Shown here: positions 27,596 through 31,671 of the stretch, piece by piece
How positions within the stretch are numbered: the first letter of the stretch is position 1
How the letters are laid out: every line of letters starts with the position of its first letter
From: Thermodesulfovibrionales bacterium
GTDB taxonomy: Bacteria > Nitrospirota > Thermodesulfovibrionia > Thermodesulfovibrionales > UBA6898
NCBI GenBank assembly: GCA_044450345.1
Contig: JBIOIY010000037.1
Coordinates: 1 to 31,671 of the forward strand
Direction of reading: 5' to 3'
Length of the DNA: 31,671 nucleotides
Made by a program: the position numbers and the translations under genes
Notes under the pieces: model-generated
What the model saw: only the letters and a program-made list of their open reading frames with translations
Database searches by the model: none
Told to the model about the DNA's origin: nothing

Positions 27596-28835
27596 TGAGG
27601 ATAATAATATCCGGAAGGAAACGCCGGGGGGACCTTTTACCTCCGGTCTGACTCCCCTGCAGCTCATCGAGATTGATGCCTGCACGCAGTGCGGAGAGTG
27701 TCTGAAATTCTGCCCTGTCCAGGACGTCACAGGGAACCCCCTTATCTCGCCCCCTGAGAAGATACGCATCTTCAGGGAATTCATAAGGGCCACGGAGGGG
27801 ATGAAGGCACGGTTGTTCGGCGCCGGGGAGATAGACCGGAAGCTCCTCGACGACTTCACAAAGGCCGTGTTCGAATGCACGACCTGCGGGGCCTGCGGCC
27901 AGCACTGCACCGTGGGTATCTTCACACAACGGCTCTGGCCCATGCTCAGGAAGGAGATGGTGAGACGGGGGCTGGGACCGATCGGACCGCAGGCGGAACT
28001 GCCGAATGCGATCGCACACACAGGAAACCCATATAACAAACCCGCCGGAGAGCGCTATGCGCCGTGGTTTCCCGCGGACGTAAGAATATCAGAGAAGGCC
28101 GATATCGCCTACTATGCCGGATGCACCGGGGCGTACGAGGCGCAGCCGATGGTTAGGGGAGATGTAATTGTGCTCGGTAAAAGCGGAGAGCCTTTTACGA
28201 TGCTCCCGCCTGAGGAGGAGGTTTGCTGCGGGTTCCCGTTGTTCATCACCGGCCAGCACGACATGCTTGAAGACCTGGTCCGGAGGCTGGTCGCTTCCTA
28301 CAAGGCCAGGGGCGTCAAGACACTTCTTTGCTCATGCCCGTGCTGCGTAAACATAATGTCACGGGACTGGCCGGCCTATTATGGGTCTGAACTGCCATTC
28401 AGGATACGGCATATGACCCAGTTCGTGGAAGACGCGCTTAGGACCGGGAAGCTGCTCATCAGGAAAGAGCTGCGCGAAAGACTGATCTATCATGACCCCT
28501 GCTACCTAAGCAGGGGCGTGGGGATAACGGAAGAGCCGAGGGCTGTGCTCAAGGCTATCCCGGGCGCCGAGCTTGTCGAGTTCGGAAGAAACAGGCTCGA
28601 GTCGAGGTGCTGCGGTGCCGGCGGGGCCGCACGAAAGGTCTTTAACGATAATGCGATCGCTATGGGCAGGCTCACCATAGACGAAGCCGTGGATAAGGGT
28701 GCAGACAGGCTTATCCTCAGCTGTCCTGCATGTTACGCTAAGGTAAACGAGGCGATGCAGGGATACGACCGCCAGATCAGGATCACCGATATCATGGAGC
28801 TCCTTGCGGACGTCGTGGAAAGGGGGGGCTCATGA
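27585..28835 (+). CDS. hdrD: HdrD-like heterodisulfide reductase catalytic subunit (pair 2)
   Basis: QLIEIDACTQCGECLKFCP, CTTCGACGQHC and two CCG domains (YAGC..CCG..SCPCC; HDPCY..CCG..SCPAC). Segments KARLFG, GLGPIGPQ and NPY recall Methanosarcina HdrD. Confidence 0.85.
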   Translation: MENNEDNNIRKETPGGPFTSGLTPLQLIEIDACTQCGECLKFCPVQDVTGNPLISPPEKIRIFREFIRATEGMKARLFGAGEIDRKLLDDFTKAVFECTTCGACGQHCTVGIFTQRLWPMLRKEMVRRGLGPIGPQAELPNAIAHTGNPYNKPAGERYAPWFPADVRISEKADIAYYAGCTGAYEAQPMVRGDVIVLGKSGEPFTMLPPEEEVCCGFPLFITGQHDMLEDLVRRLVASYKARGVKTLLCSCPCCVNIMSRDWPAYYGSELPFRIRHMTQFVEDALRTGKLLIRKELRERLIYHDPCYLSRGVGITEEPRAVLKAIPGAELVEFGRNRLESRCCGAGGAARKVFNDNAIAMGRLTIDEAVDKGADRLILSCPACYAKVNEAMQGYDRQIRITDIMELLADVVERGGS

Positions 28836-30088
28836 GTCATTTTCACATAAGATGCAGCAAATGCGGCAAGGAACTGAAGGACACATTCTGCGCTTTCTGC
28901 GAGCACTGTACGGATTCTCTTTTGACTACGGAATATATAGTGCCTTTCAGGGACGACTGCGGCCAGGGCATCTGGAAGTTCAACTGGCTTCCCGTCCATG
29001 CCCCGACGTTCGAGCAGCCGTGCACCGTCGTCTATCAGTCCCAGTGGCTTGCACGCCACCTGGCACTCGAGCACCTCTACATCGCTTACAACGGATTCTG
29101 GCCCGAGCGGGGGGCGCTCCTGCAGACCTGTACCTTCAAGGAGTTCGAGGCGGCAGTCGTTCTCCAAAACGCGCTGGAAAACGGGGTCAAGGGTCTCGTG
29201 GTCGCCTCAGCCGGAAACACTGCCCGCGCCTTTGCCCATCTTTCGGTGGTAGCGGGTTTCCCGGTGATTATTGTTGTGCCCAGGATGTGCCTTATGGAGA
29301 TGTGGTATCTTGAAAGCTCGTCGACGGTGCCGACCCTTGCGGTCGGCGACGGCGACTATTCCGATGCCATCGACGTGGCACGCCGTATCTCGGCGATTGC
29401 AAACTTTCCGTTTGAAGGAGGGGTAAAGAACGTTGCCAAGCGAGACGGCCTCGGCGCCACAATCCTCGAGTCCGTTTCACGCATCGGGAGGCTGCCGGAC
29501 CATTATTTCCAGGCGGTAGGCAGCGGGACCGGAGGTATAGGCGTTTGGGAGATGTCCGAGCGCCTGCTGCGCGAAGGCAGGTTCGGCGGCTCCCTTCCAC
29601 GTCTTCACCTTGCGCAGAACCTTCCGTTTGCGCCGATGGTGAAGGCATGGGAGCGGAGAAGTAGGGAACTGGCCCAAGAGGACCTAAGACCGGAGCTGAT
29701 AGGCCAGATATCGACACGCGTGCTCTCCACCAGGTATCCCGCCTATTCGGTGCAGGGCGGCGTCTTCGACGCCCTGACCGCCACAAGCGGCAGGATGTAC
29801 GGTGTGACTAACCGTGAGGTCTTCGAGTCCATGGAACTCTTCAGCAACCTTGAGGGCGTGGACATTGTCGCAGCATCCGGGGTCGCAGTCGGCGCTCTGA
29901 TTCAGGCAGTGAAGGCGAAAGCGGTCAGCAAAGACGACGTGATCCTGCTGAACATAACCGGCGGCGGCGAGATCGTGCTTGGCAGGGAGAAAAAAACCTA
30001 TAATGTAGAGCCGACCTTTGTCTCGAAGAAGGTGACTGACGCGGAGATAGGGGAGATCGTATGCGAAATCCTGAAGAAAAACTGTTAG
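28832..30088 (+). CDS. Cysteate synthase (threonine synthase-like PLP enzyme)
   Basis: YNGFWPERGA, TCTFKEFEA (PLP Lys), ASAGNTARAF, DYSDAI, EGGVKNVAKRDGLG, YFQAVGSGTGGI, LHLAQNLPF.PM, LLNITGGG; adjacent to comDE. Confidence 0.9.
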   Translation: MSHFHIRCSKCGKELKDTFCAFCEHCTDSLLTTEYIVPFRDDCGQGIWKFNWLPVHAPTFEQPCTVVYQSQWLARHLALEHLYIAYNGFWPERGALLQTCTFKEFEAAVVLQNALENGVKGLVVASAGNTARAFAHLSVVAGFPVIIVVPRMCLMEMWYLESSSTVPTLAVGDGDYSDAIDVARRISAIANFPFEGGVKNVAKRDGLGATILESVSRIGRLPDHYFQAVGSGTGGIGVWEMSERLLREGRFGGSLPRLHLAQNLPFAPMVKAWERRSRELAQEDLRPELIGQISTRVLSTRYPAYSVQGGVFDALTATSGRMYGVTNREVFESMELFSNLEGVDIVAASGVAVGALIQAVKAKAVSKDDVILLNITGGGEIVLGREKKTYNVEPTFVSKKVTDAEIGEIVCEILKKNC

Positions 30089-31218
30089 CGATTCTTAGAG
30101 ATGCAGGCGTGGATTTCACCGCCTCCCTACCATGCGAGAAGATCAAGCTCCTTCTCGAGATGCTGGGACGATCATTTTTCCACGTCCCCCTGACGCGTGA
30201 AGAGGAAGGCGTCGGCATATGCGCGGGCGCCGCATTGTCCGGGAAGAGAGCGGCGATGTTCGTTCAGAGTTCGGGCATCGGCAATATGATCAACTCACTG
30301 CTTTCCCTCACCCAATTCTATGAGCTCCCTCTTGCGGTCTTCGTAAGTCAGCGAGGGATTTACAAGGAAAAAATAGCGGCCCAATTCCCGATGGGCAGAC
30401 GGCTCCCGGCGATCCTGCGGGGGGCGGGGATCGGTTTTTCCCTCATCAGTTCAGAGGGTGATTTCGGGACGATCGAAAAGAAGCTCGCGGGATCATACCG
30501 GAATAACAGGGTCCACGCCTTTCTGATGAACCCGGCGATCTGGGAGAATTCGGAGGCTGCACGGAAATACTCAGGATGCGGATCGCTTCCCGCGTGCGGC
30601 TATCAGGCCGGGCCCGGGAAGGACGTCGAAGAGTCGTCTTTGCGCAGAACAGGGGTAAAACCGTTCTATACGCGCTTCGAGATACTTACTATGGTCGCGC
30701 CTTATCTCGAACCCAAGGTCGTTGTATGCAACCTCGGATTCCCGTCGAAAGAGCTTTACTTTGTCGGGCATCGGCCGTCAAATTTCTATATGCTCGGGAG
30801 CATGGGCATGGCAACGCCCATCGGTCTGGGCATAAGTCTATCCACGACCAAAGAGGTGATCGTCATCGACGGCGACGGGAGTCTGCTCATGAACCCAGGC
30901 ACCCTCGCGACCGCGGCCCATTTCTCCCCTGCCAATCTCACGGTCCTTGCGATCGATAACGGCTCTTACGGCTCAACAGGTGACCAGCCCACGCTTGCGG
31001 GTTCCTGCGTGGACCTGGAGGCCGCAGCAAGGGGCTTCGGGATAAGAGATACCTGCAAGGTTTCGACAAAGAAACAGTTGATTAAGGCCATGAAGAGCGG
31101 AGGCAAGGGATTGAGGTTCATCCATGCGCTTGCAGTGCCGGGAAACAAAGACGCCCCGAATATACCGATAGACCACCTTGAGATAAAAAAACAATTTCAG
31201 GAATTTCTGAAGACCTGA
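30061..31218 (+). CDS. comDE: Fused sulfopyruvate decarboxylase ComDE
   Basis: ComD part SLPCEK, PLTREEEGVGICAG, QSSGIGN, SQRG..E; ComE part NLGFPSKELY, NFYMLGSMG, ThDP motif DGDGS...DN. Confidence 0.9.
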   Translation: MRNPEEKLLAILRDAGVDFTASLPCEKIKLLLEMLGRSFFHVPLTREEEGVGICAGAALSGKRAAMFVQSSGIGNMINSLLSLTQFYELPLAVFVSQRGIYKEKIAAQFPMGRRLPAILRGAGIGFSLISSEGDFGTIEKKLAGSYRNNRVHAFLMNPAIWENSEAARKYSGCGSLPACGYQAGPGKDVEESSLRRTGVKPFYTRFEILTMVAPYLEPKVVVCNLGFPSKELYFVGHRPSNFYMLGSMGMATPIGLGISLSTTKEVIVIDGDGSLLMNPGTLATAAHFSPANLTVLAIDNGSYGSTGDQPTLAGSCVDLEAAARGFGIRDTCKVSTKKQLIKAMKSGGKGLRFIHALAVPGNKDAPNIPIDHLEIKKQFQEFLKT

Positions 31219-31492
31219 CCGGCGGATAGTTGACATGTTAACTGCCAATGTCCGATTTTTCGTATGCACCTCCTACTTTGGATTTATGGTGTAACTCTTA
31301 ATGCTTCTTCCGACTTGAGCAACTTGCAAAATATCGAATCGCAAAAAAGGCGAGTAGTCATTTATCCGATATTTTCTCTTAGTAAGAAACTTCTTGATAA
31401 TGAAAATGCTCACTATGTGATTGGAATAACAAACATTTGTTGTAATTTTTCACTTTCTGTGGAAAATGTAATCAGAGAGGTTTGATATACCA

Positions 31493-31671
31493 ATGCGCAG
31501 CTGTGTAGAACATTCAAAACAATGCCGGCTATTTGTTCTCCTGGTCGTGGTCACGTCTTTCGCTATAACATTACCCATGCAGCCGGCCGAACCGGCGTAT
31601 AGAATACCCGAATACGTTGGCTCTGAGGCATGCAGGTCCTGCCACAAAACAGAATACGAAAACTTCACAAA
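31493..31671 (+). CDS. c-type cytochrome, N-terminal fragment (3' truncated by the window)
   Basis: MRSCVEHSKQCRLFVLLVVVTSFAITLP...YVGSEACRSCHKTEYENF: signal-like hydrophobic stretch and CxxCH at 31631-31645. Not in the ORF track. Confidence 0.85.
   Translation, partial: MRSCVEHSKQCRLFVLLVVVTSFAITLPMQPAEPAYRIPEYVGSEACRSCHKTEYENFT

Noticed and set aside
28832..30088. Threonine synthase, or sulfonolipid (capnine) biosynthesis
   Set aside because: The motifs FKEFEA, GNTARAF and NVAKRDG plus the comDE neighbour fit cysteate synthase; no cysteate acyltransferase or reductase gene is nearby.
16783..31218. Methanogenesis or an archaeal contig
   Set aside because: No mcr, mtrA-G or CoB genes in the window; flanking genes and the sigma54 promoter are bacterial.
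30061..31218. Phosphonopyruvate decarboxylase
   Set aside because: It has ComD-type SLPC and REEEG rather than GVPDS and NEG, and there is no PEP mutase in the window.
17149..31218. Pyrrolysine or selenocysteine read-through
   Set aside because: The ORFs appear full length for their families; I saw no in-frame TAG or TGA splitting a domain.
31396..31414. Fur box upstream of the cytochrome c gene
   Set aside because: About 13/19 match with a poor right half in AT-rich DNA; not enough support.
31450..31668. 72-aa minus-strand ORF
   Set aside because: It is antisense to the CxxCH-containing plus-strand frame.

Overview
Bacterial window (GreA, IscR, GGDEF, sigma54-type promoters), probably from an anaerobic Nitrospirota/Desulfobacterota-like organism; the lineage is inferred and not proven here. 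1-7.7 kb is signalling and housekeeping: end of a hybrid histidine kinase, GNAT, PAS-GGDEF, a minus-strand iscR-tusA-iscS-iscU cluster whose IscS has Gln in place of the PLP lysine, a DUF62 SAM hydrolase, pyrD, pyrK and greA. 7.8-16.5 kb is accessory: a decayed mobile-element scar (XRE pseudogene plus integrase N-terminal fragment), a MalT/BTAD regulator followed by an 11-bp direct repeat and small genes, a collagen-like remnant, DUF2934 and OsmC. The main finding is a co-directional cluster at 16.8-31.2 kb behind a sigma54 promoter. It encodes two MtaA/CmuA-type zinc thiol methyltransferases, an MtrH-type methyltransferase, a corrinoid protein, a RACo-type activator, two membrane HdrED-like heterodisulfide reductase pairs, and, translationally coupled to them, cysteate synthase and a fused ComDE sulfopyruvate decarboxylase. 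This looks like a Methanosarcinales-style coenzyme M biosynthesis, methyl-transfer and heterodisulfide module in a bacterium, with no mcr in the window. The window ends in the start of a c-type cytochrome gene. All family calls come from motif recognition by eye; no database search was run.
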